Shown in pieces: positions 40,619-52,200 of a stretch of DNA of 64,000 nucleotides. This DNA comes from Azolla caroliniana (lineage: Eukaryota; Plantae; Polypodiophyta). How positions within the stretch are numbered: position 1 is the first letter of the stretch; every line of letters begins with the position of its first letter. The translations under genes were made by a program, and so were the position numbers. A model generated the notes under the pieces. It worked only from the letters and a program-made list of their open reading frames with translations. It was not told the DNA's origin and ran no database searches. The DNA lies in assembly GCA_043228905.1 (NCBI GenBank), contig JBHGNT010000008.1:18042001-18106000 (forward strand). Reading direction: 5' to 3'.

Positions 40619-41074
40619 TGTTGTCCAGAGGACAGAAATGTAAAATGAGGGAATTAGCAAACGCCGAGTCCGAGTATCACGGGCCACCGACGGCTCGGCT
40701 ATGTATTAAGGGAAAAGTTATTTAAACGAGGACCAGTACCTCAGAGAAAGAGAGAAGAAAAATATAGGCGGAAGCACTAGCTTAGTTCCTCGTAACTAGA
40801 TAAACTTGTAAGGTCACCGGCCATAGGCCATGTTCTGTAATCTTTTCTGTCATAGTAATATATCTGATTTGTGCCCAATTTGCTCCATGAGTCTGTGCTT
40901 TGATCCATACCTATGAGTTCAACGCTGCCCACGCCTATCAAGACCTCGCTAGTGTTTTCTCTCTGAGCCCTGTCTCTCTCTCGACGCCTCTATTACGAGC
41001 CTTCACGTACCACGCCCTTGAATACCAATAGTCGCAGATCTATCGAAGGTGTTCACCCAAAGGAACGGGTAACA
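40619..41074 (+). repeat. Gypsy 3' LTR
   Basis: Direct repeat of 22823-23278, followed by TSD AAACA. Confidence 0.95.
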
Positions 41075-43494
41075 AAACACATCCGGCGTGGCACCCACAC
41101 CCCGCTTTCAAGTGGATCAATCAAGGAGCGAGCACCAAATATTTGGGCTTCCAAATTGGTTTCAACATACCGCCGGAGACTATGATTGCACTCGTTATCC
41201 TTTCCATTCGACAAAAGTTGATACATTGGAGCTCTAAAAAATTGTCGCTAGCAGGTCGCATCATAGTGGCAAATCAGGTACTCCTCGCAACAACATGGTA
41301 CAGTCTATCATGCTCGACAATCTCCAAGGAAAGTATACATCAGATTCAATGACTGGTTCGCAACTACATTTGGTCTGGTAAGGAAGACCTTGTAGCTCGC
41401 GCCAAGGTGGCGTGGCCTATACTCACAACGCCTAAGTCGAGAGGGGGATTGGGTCTTATTGATCCCCTTTCACAATCGAAGGCCTTACTTGCCAAATTTG
41501 TGGTGTGAGGACTCCAACCAGGAAATGATTGTTGGAAAATGCTACTGAGGTTACGTTTCTCTTACTTTACGCCACAAAAAGGGGTCAATTGGGCCCCCCA
41601 AACGGGATGGATCCTAAACATGGATCTCAAACCTAGTTTCTCCCGCCATTTGGAGGACAGATTCAGTGCATCCATGTGGAAGGCATGGTGTGACATTCGT
41701 CGAGGGCTCTAGTGTGATCAACCGAGATCCGAACCTGCCTGGCTCAGTCAATGTATCCTATGGAACCCATGCCTCAAGGATGAATCTAATAAACTACTGG
41801 GATCACGTAAGGGGTTGTCATGGGGATACATTGCAGAAGGTCCAGGCAAAAGTATAGAATGTTGGCGACGGTTTATGTCAATGCCACTACAAGATCAAGC
41901 GAACATACTCCATGGAATCAAGGGCGGATGGACTATGAGATCGGAAATCATTAACGCGCTACTGATTAGGGAATCTTCTACTCAAAGGACGACAATGGAG
42001 AAATGGATAGGCCACGAGGAGGGTTCTCTGATCTCGAGAGGTAGGGGATCACCAGACAGACGCGAAGGCCCTGAATTGCGAGACACTGAGACACCCACAC
42101 AGAATAACGCCATTCGAGTACTCGCGTACACCGGTCATAAATGGATTGTAGATCCTGATCCGATTAAAGTACAACCCGATTGGCATATATGTACTCATGA
42201 AAACACATGGCTACGTAAGGTCAGTTGGGACCCTTTGCAATGGACATGGCGTGATCCCTATGCGAGGCAAGGAAGTAAACCCATCCCTTTCTTCCAATTC
42301 ACAACTAGATTGGGTCGCCACATTCTAGCTGCTCAAGCCGCCTGAGAACCGGCTGCTGCAAAGGTCTGGCACTCATTTCAAGTTCCCTTCGCAATAATCA
42401 CCAAGTTTTGGCAGAAAATCTGGAAGTAACAACACGCGAGGCGAATTACCACTTTCCAATGGCTGTTAATACATAAGTCCCTACCGGTGGGAGCATGGCA
42501 ACGTGGGAACCTTAGCTCTCCTAATTGTGTAGAGTGCCCACATGCAGTAGAATCCATACGACACGCTCTATGGGACTGCCCAACGTCCCATAGAATATGG
42601 CGGGGGGTTGGCCGTTTGTTGCAATTATGCCAAGTGCAAGGTTCAATCAAGTGGGGAAATATATGTTGGCTATCATGGCAGGCTGCAATTGGCCGTTACA
42701 AGCATCAGGAGGAGGGGATGACTTTGGTGATAAAAGCACAAGAGGTCCTTTTCTCCGCCAGCGGCAATGTCCACTCTATTCCTCTTAATGACAAATCTCA
42801 AGAGGTGTTGGAATTGGTCAACCCAATAACCCTTTGGATTCTCTAGAAACAACGATGTAGGCAAGTCTTCTCCAACCAAACCGCCCATCCAACAAGGTTA
42901 CTGCAAGAGATATGGAGTGAAACTGTAGCCACTCTGAAGAGCCAATATGATGACCTTAAAGGTGGCTCCGAGGGAGTTGAAAGACAACGCATAGCCTTCA
43001 TCCAATAATGGTCGTCCTCTCCCTTTCTTGAGTCAGTGGACTTCCACATTAGATGGAACTATCGCGTCCCTTTAGGGATTTGTACATAATCGTCTCATTT
43101 GTAAAATTTTATAACTAATGGAAGGAGTTTTTTTTGGAAAAAAAAAAACTTGATTCTTCTTTTATAAAAGACACTCTTATTTTGTAATAAAAGAGAGAGA
43201 GAGAAGATGAAAAAGATTACGAAAAATAGAGAGATCAAATAAGACGACGCCTTATAGAATAACTTTATTTTGTTTACAATGCATCAACCATGTGATCAAT
43301 GACTTAAATCTTTTGAATTATTGTTGTGATAAAAAAATTTTGCTTTTCTTCAATCTTCATTATGATTCATGAAACAAGTATCAATTTCTCGACACATTAT
43401 TTCACATTACTTAAATCATTTTGAATTTTAGATTACCTAGACTAGGGAGTGCTCGAGATGTAATGCTCTTGTTTCATAAAATGAAATGGGTATA

Positions 43495-45162
43495 TTAGGG
43501 TGTTTGCTCATCGTCGGGAAATGCCTTTCTAATGAACTCTTGAAACCTTTTAGAATAAAAATGTGGTTCCACAACAGATATTGATATCGAGTCAAATTTT
43601 ATTGATTTATATGCATGTTCTAGTCTCTTTGATGCGTTATACTCTTGTAAAATGTCGATGATGCCTAAGCATAGGGCCACATCATATACGTCGCATATGC
43701 ATTGATCGGCTTCCGTGGCAATTTTGTCTTCTCTTGTTCGACGATACGCTCTTGCTGGCATGTTCACTCCTAGCTGGATTCGTACTCTGACAAGTAAATC
43801 AATCACGCACAACAGTTTCAGAAGAATCTCGAGGTTTTACTGACAAAACAATTGCGGCAACAAAGGAGTTGGGATGAAAAACCGAGGCATTGATGGCATG
43901 TGAAAACTTACATACATACATGATACATATATGCTTCTAGCAATCATAGACAATTTAGGATAGGTTCGTGAGGTTACTTCAATCATTGAAGTGTTGTTTC
44001 AAGGTTTAAATATGTAACAAGATAACAAAAACTAATCCCCTAAATACCCCATCATTATATCGAATTGAAAATATGTAGAGTCATTTCACAAGGTAGTAAA
44101 AATGATTTAAACCTAGCACCAAAACTAATCCCCAAAATACCCCTTCATTATATACCGAATTGAAAATATTGTAAACATAACACGAAAGCTAATCCCCTAA
44201 ATACCCCTCAATTATATAGTATTGAAAATATTTTAAACATACCACCAAAACTAATCCCCTAAATACCCCATCAATTATACGGTATTGAAAAATATTTAAA
44301 CATAGAGCAAAGATTAAATCAGATATTAATTAGCCCCAAAAAAACTACTCCTCAATTATAGCAGTGAAAAATATCTGACATTAGAACAAAAAATTGAATT
44401 AGATAGTAATTAGCAATAAATAAAAACAAGTAGGAGTAAAAAACCCCCCAAAAAATAACTTGTAAAACCATAAGAATATATAAACAAATAACAATCCCCA
44501 AGGGTTCGGTTCGGTTCGGTTCAGTTCAAGAGTGTCCAAACCGAACCGTTTAAAAATCTTGAAACCTGAACCCCGAACTGAACCGAACCGAACCGAACCA
44601 TGAAACCGTTAAGCCAAAACCGTAAAAACCAAACTGTTTGGTCAAATCTAAACTGTTAAACCATTAAACCACTAAAGTCGCGGTTTTGTGGTTCGGTTTC
44701 GGTTTTCAACTAAAGTCAAAATTAAAATTTTAAAGATTTTTCCTAGATGTGAGAATTAGGCTTAAAAAATTTTAAAAAGTTTTTTTTTTTTTAAATAAAA
44801 AATAAAAAATGAAACCATCAAACCGTTTAAAATGCAGTTTCAAACCATTAAAACCGAACCGTTGCTAATTGTTAAAAACAAACCCAGGAAAAACAGAAAA
44901 CTAACTGTATAATAAAATGTCAAGATTTTGAACAACATGGTGCAAGCCCTAAGCTATAACCCTAAAACCACAACCATGAAAACCCTAAAATAATGAACCA
45001 AACCCTAAATTCCTGAACAAATCATAAGCCCTACCTGTTTAGGTGCTAAGAAAATGAGTGAATTTTTAAAATAAGGCTAAACAAAATAAAAGATTGACTG
45101 AAGCAGATTAATAATGAGAAATGGTTTGATTCTACCTCGCACTTCCTGCAATTAGATCGACA

Positions 45163-45193
<31 letters not shown>

Positions 45194-48100
45194 CTTCTTC
45201 TTCTTCTTCTTCGGCTTCTTCTTCTTCTTCGTCTCCTGCTGTTGATGAGTTATAGCTTCTCCTCACACTTAGACCATTCCCTCTGCTGTGCAGGCTATGG
45301 CTTCCTTCTCCTCCGATTCCTCTTCCTATCGCACATCTCTCACGCGCAACCAACACTAGACCTTCTCTGTAAGTCTCTGCACATTGTCATTTTTTGTCTT
45401 CCTTTCTCATCAATTACTTCATCAAATTTACACATTCTTCTTTATTCAAATCACAATGCATATATTCTTTGTTTCAGTAGGTAGAAAAAAATAAAAATAA
45501 AAAGATTTCAAACTATTGGATTCTTTACCATCACGATCATTCATTTCCTTCACTATGCACTCTTTTCCTTCATTGCTTATGTATCTGTTTGTGTGTTGCT
45601 GTGGTGGGGCTCTGAAATGAATGCCTAACAGGAGGCTGTAGTCCATGATCTGTTCACTTTCCAAGAATTTGCAATCTTCTTCAATTTGCCTGCCCACCCA
45701 CGAGTAATGATGATATAACCCATATGAAAATCAATTCAGCCAATCCACCTTAATGATACTCTAATTATGTGGCAATTGTTGTGCTAATGCAGCATATTCA
45801 TATGATTAATGCTAATCAACGTAACGCATTATGTTAGCATGTTAGATTAACACATCACATTAACACGTTAGATTAACTCATATGTATTTTAAAAGACTAA
45901 TCTGTTAATGGCCTTATTTTAACGTAGAGCAATGTAAGGATTTCCAGTGAAGCCTGTATTTCTGTCATGCTTCGGATCCTAAAATTGTTTGGAAGGAACT
46001 CTACTGTTGTATAAGCTCATCTCCATTAGTTGGATATGGCCTGGAAGTTAGATTTAAGCTTCCAGAATAGGATTAACTAATGTTAAACCTTCCATATCTG
46101 GAGACAATCTTCCAGAAAAGGATTAACTACTGTTAAAGCTTCCATATCTGGAGACCATGTACATATATTGTATATCATGAACTATCATGAGGACTTGGAA
46201 CAAATTCACAAAATATAGAAACAGAAATTCTGAGGAGGGGAAAAATGTCGATGACAAATCAGGTAACTAACGAAACCATCGAGAAGATCTTGATGATTGC
46301 TCTTATCAACAATACACTCTCGTTAGTCAGAAAAATTGGGAATCGTTGATGATTGCTCTTGATGATTGCTCTTACGAATCTATGTTAGGGCAAAATCAGA
46401 AGGATTGAGAAGAGGAGAACGTTGGTTAGGGTTTTTACTTGAGAAGGCAACGACGCCACGATGGCTCCATGTGGAACGTGAAGTCCAAATCAAGGTCTTT
46501 AAGTATGGTGGTCTCGTCAATCTCCAGCTTGTTTGCTGAGCGACCAAGTGACGAACCTTTAAGGTCATATCTACGATGAATCCTCAGTTGCGAACAAAAG
46601 ACGTTCCCCATCACTACAAATCTAACCTTCAAAAACCAAGAAACAGAAACAGAAACAGAAGCAGAAGTGTTTTAATCCAAACTGATAATTATATATTCGG
46701 ACATAGAAGAAGTATTAGGGTTCACCAAGCATGATTAATGAGCATATCATGGATTATGTAGCATCTAAATCAGATGCAAACAGACAAAGGATCTGTCTTC
46801 CTTACTTAATTCTCTGACGGAAGATGTTTATCTAGCTACCCTAAACCCTAAACCATAAATCCCGAAACCCTAAATCCATATCGAGAAAATGAGGCCTCTA
46901 CTACCTTGTGCCCCCCGTCGAGCTTGATGCAATGGAGACCGAAGAACTTAGTGATTAACGTGTTTTCATACTTGCAAACATGATTGTAGTACTTCGGCAG
47001 CATCTTCAATAGGACCTGTGTGTAGCACAGCATAATTGATATAAATGATACAGAATTAAGGATATTGATGCAGTTTTCTTCCATTAATTTCTAACCCTGT
47101 AAGCTGCACCTTCATCTCTTGCTTTCTTAAAGTCTTGATCAAGAACCGCTCGTCGTGGGAGAGATAAAAGACGCTCCCGCTTTTCCCTGGAGATGAAAGC
47201 TCTCGCAGACCATCGTTTCCACATATGGACATGAGGTAATCCGCTTCCTCAATCTTGAACATTTCTCGAAGCATCCTGCGAATGAATAGATCGATGAGAC
47301 AGAGTCCATTATCTCGGGCTTAGATTGGGAGGCATTTCATGCGTCTCAAACCGAAACAGAATGACTGATTTTTTTTCTCTCTCATGAATCCAAGGAATAT
47401 TGAAAGAAATAAAGCCAAACTTCTGCAGTCGACAGGAGAAATGATTCCATGGTAAAGATTGAGAGAGAGAGAGAGTACCCGAAAACTGAAGGGCAATAAT
47501 CTTTCCATTTGAAGTTCACAGATTGATGAGATGGCGCGAGCTTAGAGCCTTCCCTTGGAAATTTCATCCATGTTTGAGTTTCTTTTGCAAAATCATCATG
47601 GTCGAGGTCACGCTCGATGTGCCTGAATTTACCGACTGTGTACCTTCAATAAACACACCACATGCAGTATGTCAGAAAACAGAAATCATCTCTTCTCTGT
47701 TATTATTGCGCTGAAATCAGGATGATTTATAAGTTAATTAAGTGATAAGCACTGCAAAAATTTCCTCCATTCTTAGCATTTAGAATCCTACTCTAGATTT
47801 TTTTTTTGTTTCATTCGAGTCTCTGGATCATGAAAAGTATGTACCATCAGTGATCTTGAAAGAATCTTCAAAAGACTGCCACTTTCCATGGCAGATGCAG
47901 TAACTAACTTGCGCGTCACGTCATGTCAGGTCATGTCACTTCAACAAAAGATCAAAGGACTCTTCTAAGTTGCAGAGAAACAATGGAACCTAAGAGATCA
48001 TTAATATGTACCTGATACCAAGCTGCAAATCTCGCATTAGATCGTAACTCCTGTGTCCTTTGATGATTTTCCCCCCTGATCTTTTCAATCCATAGAACTG

Positions 48101-49249
48101 CGATTTTCCTGCCTTCGCGATCTCGTTAATGAGCACTCCCTGAGCATACTCCCTGTCCACAACACACAGAGTCTCCTTCCTTTCCGAGCTCGCGAATAGA
48201 TCATTTCCATCCTTCTCTGTCAGATCGTCCACATTCAGCGATTTCGTCACAAGTTTTGACAGAGATGATGACTTCCTCAGGAAGCGCGAAGAGCTGTGGG
48301 AGATGATCATCACCTCCTTCTGCGTCTCCTGCACAAATGGGAGAAACTTCCGGACACCGAAAGCCGAGTGCCAGCGCAGAGAAGAAGAATGCTTCGATCT
48401 GGTGGGAGAAGCAGTACATGGATTCTCTTTGTAATGGACCAGCCATGGCTCCATGCCAGGAGGAAAGAATGTTCCTTTGCCATCTTTGAGACCTCTGCTC
48501 CATGTCCCTATATAGGTACCACTGCTAAGCCACATGTATACACCATAGCCATGCTCTTCACCATGGGCCCAATCACCATCAAAGCTATCGCCATTGTTCC
48601 ATGTCAGTTTCCCCCTTCCGCTCATGGCATTGCCCTTCCAAGCTCCATTGTAGAAGTTCCCATTAGCCCATGTATATGTGCCCAATCCTTCCTTCTTCCC
48701 TCTGTACCATGAGCCTCTGTATACATCTCCATTACTGTAGTGCTGTTGACCAAATCCATGTCTGAGATTCATGATCCAGTTCCCCTCATAAGCATACCCA
48801 TTTGAACCTGTGTATGCTCCCTCTCCATGTAAGCATCTGTTCAAGAAAGTGCCTTCATATGTAGCATCATTGGGCCATGTGAACTTCCCCTTCCCAGAAT
48901 TTGTGGATATGTTCATTTCACCTTCAAATGTGACACCATCAGACCACATATAAACCCATGTATCATTGGGGCCTCTCTCTCTCCAGCATCTCAGTTCTTC
49001 TGGTCTGCCCTCTTTTGATGCTGCTTTGATTCTGTCTTGCTTGGATTCGAAGAGAAGCCGGCTGTAAAGCGAATTCAAATTATAACCACCGATTCGAAAA
49101 GCTTCATCAAGTGGAATCTGCGGAATTCTCGAGTTTCTTGTGAGGCATAGCTCATTGGATGGATAAATTTGATCATATCTTCCAGCTTGGACAGAGGTAT
49201 GGAGATTCTCTTCTTTCTCAGGATCGCTGTCGACCAGAATGGTAGACAT
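43495..49249 (-). CDS. PIP5K: Phosphatidylinositol 4-phosphate 5-kinase with MORN repeats (PIP5K7/8/9-like)
   Basis: Exons 49249-48012, 47643-47479, 47275-47110, 47015-46905, 46626-46439, 45689-45529, 45376-45136, 43786-43495. MORN repeats (YEGxW..HGxG), [76 protein letters not shown]. Confidence 0.95.
44030..44870. repeat. Intronic repeats: (ctaatcccctaaatacccc)-type units, then GGTTC/AACCG arrays, probably non-autonomous DNA transposon remnants
   Basis: Four ~55-75-bp imperfect units at 44030-44290. ggttcggttcggttcggttc at 44502 and aaccgaaccgaaccgaacc at 44581. Confidence 0.55.
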
Positions 49250-49255
49250 ACAGAT

Positions 49256-49291
<36 letters not shown>

Positions 49292-52200
49292 CTTGATGAA
49301 TTGTGTACAGTTTTGTACAGTGTAAATTTTTTCTCTCTGTTTTTTCTTTTTCTTTTTTTACATGCCTGCAATATTACCCCAAATTTCTTCCTCTGTAGAA
49401 ACGGAATATGAGATCACTGCAAAATTGCAATTTGAAAGAAAAACAAAATGTGGTATTGTTTGAAATTGAAGTTGATGAGTTTGTTCATTCCACACAGAGT
49501 CCCACCATCTGGAAGGAACAAAAGTTAATTGATCTCTGTCTCTGTCTCTCTCTGCAGATACATACAAATTGTATGCATATTATATATATATATATATATA
49601 TATACAAATTGTATACATACATACATACAAACATACAAATTGTATACTAATACATATACATAAATGTTATATGCATACACATATTATCTATACTATATAT
49701 ACACACAATTGTATATAACATGTATTGAATGATGGTTGTTTCTCTGGTCACTTTGCACATTCATTGCATTTAGGTTGGGTGCTTCAGTAAACCATCAAAA
49801 TCTCTCCTATTTTTGCCTTGCCGCTTGACTAATGGAAGTAGTAAATTTTTTGGGAAAAAAAATCACTCCTATTTAAGTCAACAAACAGGCTATCTACAAT
49901 GTTAAATGTTATTTGTTCGATCCTTTCTCTTCATTGCCTAGACTTTATTGTCATCCATTTGAACAGTAGGCCCGGGGCTTCGAAACCTTAAACACGTGGT
50001 GTATAAAATACCTTGCAGTGGCATATGTACATATGTATATAGAAATTTGGGCACGGATTGTTCTTATGATTAGTATAGGAAAAAAGCCCCCCCTCGAAAA
50101 TGATTTGTGGGGTCTCTCTCCCTAACCAATTCACAAGTCAATAACACACCATTCAATTATCTCGAAAATGATGTCAAGAATGCAATGGCGAAAAAGAATA
50201 AGTCCCGAAGGTAAGGAATTGTTGATGAATTGTGACCACATAATTGTCTCGTCGAGGATGCAGATGGGCTTTGCTACCATACATGTCAATAACAAACCAT
50301 AACAAGACATGGCAAAGGTTGATACATTGAATGGTAAGCTCTCTCCATGCTTCAACTTTAAGAATGTTATGATTATCATACAACACTTTATAATCATTCT
50401 TTAATGCTTTACACATTTAAATAATTTACGTTTTTTTTCGCTTTCATGACCGTTTCTCTCTCGCTTTGTCTCTAATCATTTATGAATGAATGAATACAAT
50501 CTCCTGTTTCCTGATTTGATGTTATGATTATCATACTCTTAGCAATGTGATGTGTCATGCTTAACCTCAAAAAGTATTTGGAAAACCAGATTGAAATGAC
50601 TACATTCATGTTATGCCAATGTTTTTGTCTAAAATTATGTGTGATGAATAATGGCACTATTATTATCTTATTTGATGTTTGGGTCAATCATGTGGTATTC
50701 CTCGTTAGGGAAGATACATGATTGATGGCGGAGTCATCTAACCTCAATTTCATTATCTCTAAGGACAAGAAACATTATGTTAATCAACATGATCCCTAGT
50801 TTCGAGATTTTCTCGTTCATGATTTCAAATGTGAGCTACCACAATTCTCACCTCTTCATCAATCATTAATCTCCCATGTTTTTAATGAAACCTTTTGTGT
50901 CCCAAATTCCAAACTAATCATCTATGTTGTTTAACAACATCAAGCGGGAAACAATCAAAGTTTTCTTTTTAACCTCTAGGATTATAGTGGAAATGATGAT
51001 ACAAGATTTCAGAAGTAGATAACACATACCTACAAGCTACAACAATGAATGAACATGCTCTTCTGTTTAATTGAACTTTAGAATGCTAATAGATCACACA
51101 TACCATGGGTCGAGAATGGATATGCTTTGCTATGAGAGCGAATTGCTTAACAAGAAAACATTCTCATAAACCCTTGTGAGATTACTTACTTATACTGTTG
51201 TTTAGATTTATTTATTCAAAGAAGGGACAAAGTCAAAGTAAAAAATCAATAAATCTACAAATAATGTTTATACAATAAACAATTCTTACAATCACATGTG
51301 GAAGCTAAAATATTGGATGAGCAAATAGGTTGCATGATCAAGATTGGTTTGTTTAATTTCCTATGGGTGATAACAACCTACCTTTAGCGTAATTAAATTA
51401 ACTAGTGATACTTATAGTTGCCAAAGAATAAGTTAAATCTTTATCTGACAATCCACAATAGGTTTAGGAATTGATAAATCCTCTACTTTCGCCTTAATGA
51501 TATGGTTGTCGAAAGGAAAAAGAAGTAAAACGCATTACAAAAATTGAGTACAAAAGTTTGTACAGATATATGGAGCCATTTCTTACTATGATATGTGTTA
51601 ACTCCAATATTGGGTGAGCAGATGATCTCTATAATCGAGGTAGGTTTGTTCTATTTGCTATGGCCAATAACAACTCGCCCCTAGCATACACATACATATG
51701 AGCAACTAATGGTAGCGTATATCCTGCCTCGACAATCGACAAAAACAATAATGTGATATTGAATATTGTCATTTTGACTAGATGCGGCATTGGGAAAAAA
51801 ACCCCAGCATAGTTTAAGAATTTTGAGTTCAAAAGTACAAACACATCTCATAAGATACAAACACTTTTTCTTATATTCTTTGATTAGAAGAACTTTATGC
51901 CTACCAAAATAGTGCACGATAATGGGGATTGACAGGAATCGGTGAATAAAATAGGAAAATTATTGAATATTCCTTTCATGTTGCGGATCAGACATTTCGG
52001 CTTTGGTGTCTCGTTTTAACTATAATTTAGTTAAGAGAAAGCTTCTTACGTTTGACATGTAAATCGTTTAAAATAATACCATCATGTTCAATAGCCTAAA
52101 CTACAAATGTGGTTCACATCAATTCATAAATCAAACACAATGAGAAAGTTATTCAATATGGTATGTAGGTCGATTTTGGATCACTCTCAATATAATCCCC

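Larger units (their letters stand above)
22823..41074 (+). mobile_element. Full-length decayed Ty3/Gypsy LTR retrotransposon, no chromodomain seen, with an extra 3' ORF; interrupted by a Copia element
   Basis: 456-bp LTRs (TG...CA) at 22823-23278 and 40619-41074. TSD AAACA at 22818-22822 and 41075-41079. Domain order: gag (23353-24800), protease (IIDGGSGVN ~25210), RT (WLSPIVVVPKKNG, MMFGLKTAP, FLDN), RNase H (NYSTTEREAL), integrase (GGHY, WWP, STPYYPQANGLAE, WTGPF) ending ~36.9 kb. Confidence 0.95.
18876..43148 (+). mobile_element. Decayed L1-clade LINE (~6 kb of its own sequence), split by a Gypsy insertion at 22823-41074
   Basis: ORF1 remnants ~18.9-20.6 kb. APE endonuclease (MKIITWNVQG, MLQEHH, NVYA, IGGDFN) from ~20620. 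RT (QTGFV, LDFEKAYDRV, VRQGCPL, FVDD) at 22.1-22.8 kb, resuming at 41080 (KYLGF, LSLAGRIIVANQVL). zf-RVT (CVECPHAVESIRHALWDCP) ~42525. Poly(A) 43138-43148. Candidate TSD CTTGATTCTT at 18866-18875 and 43149-43158. Confidence 0.9.
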
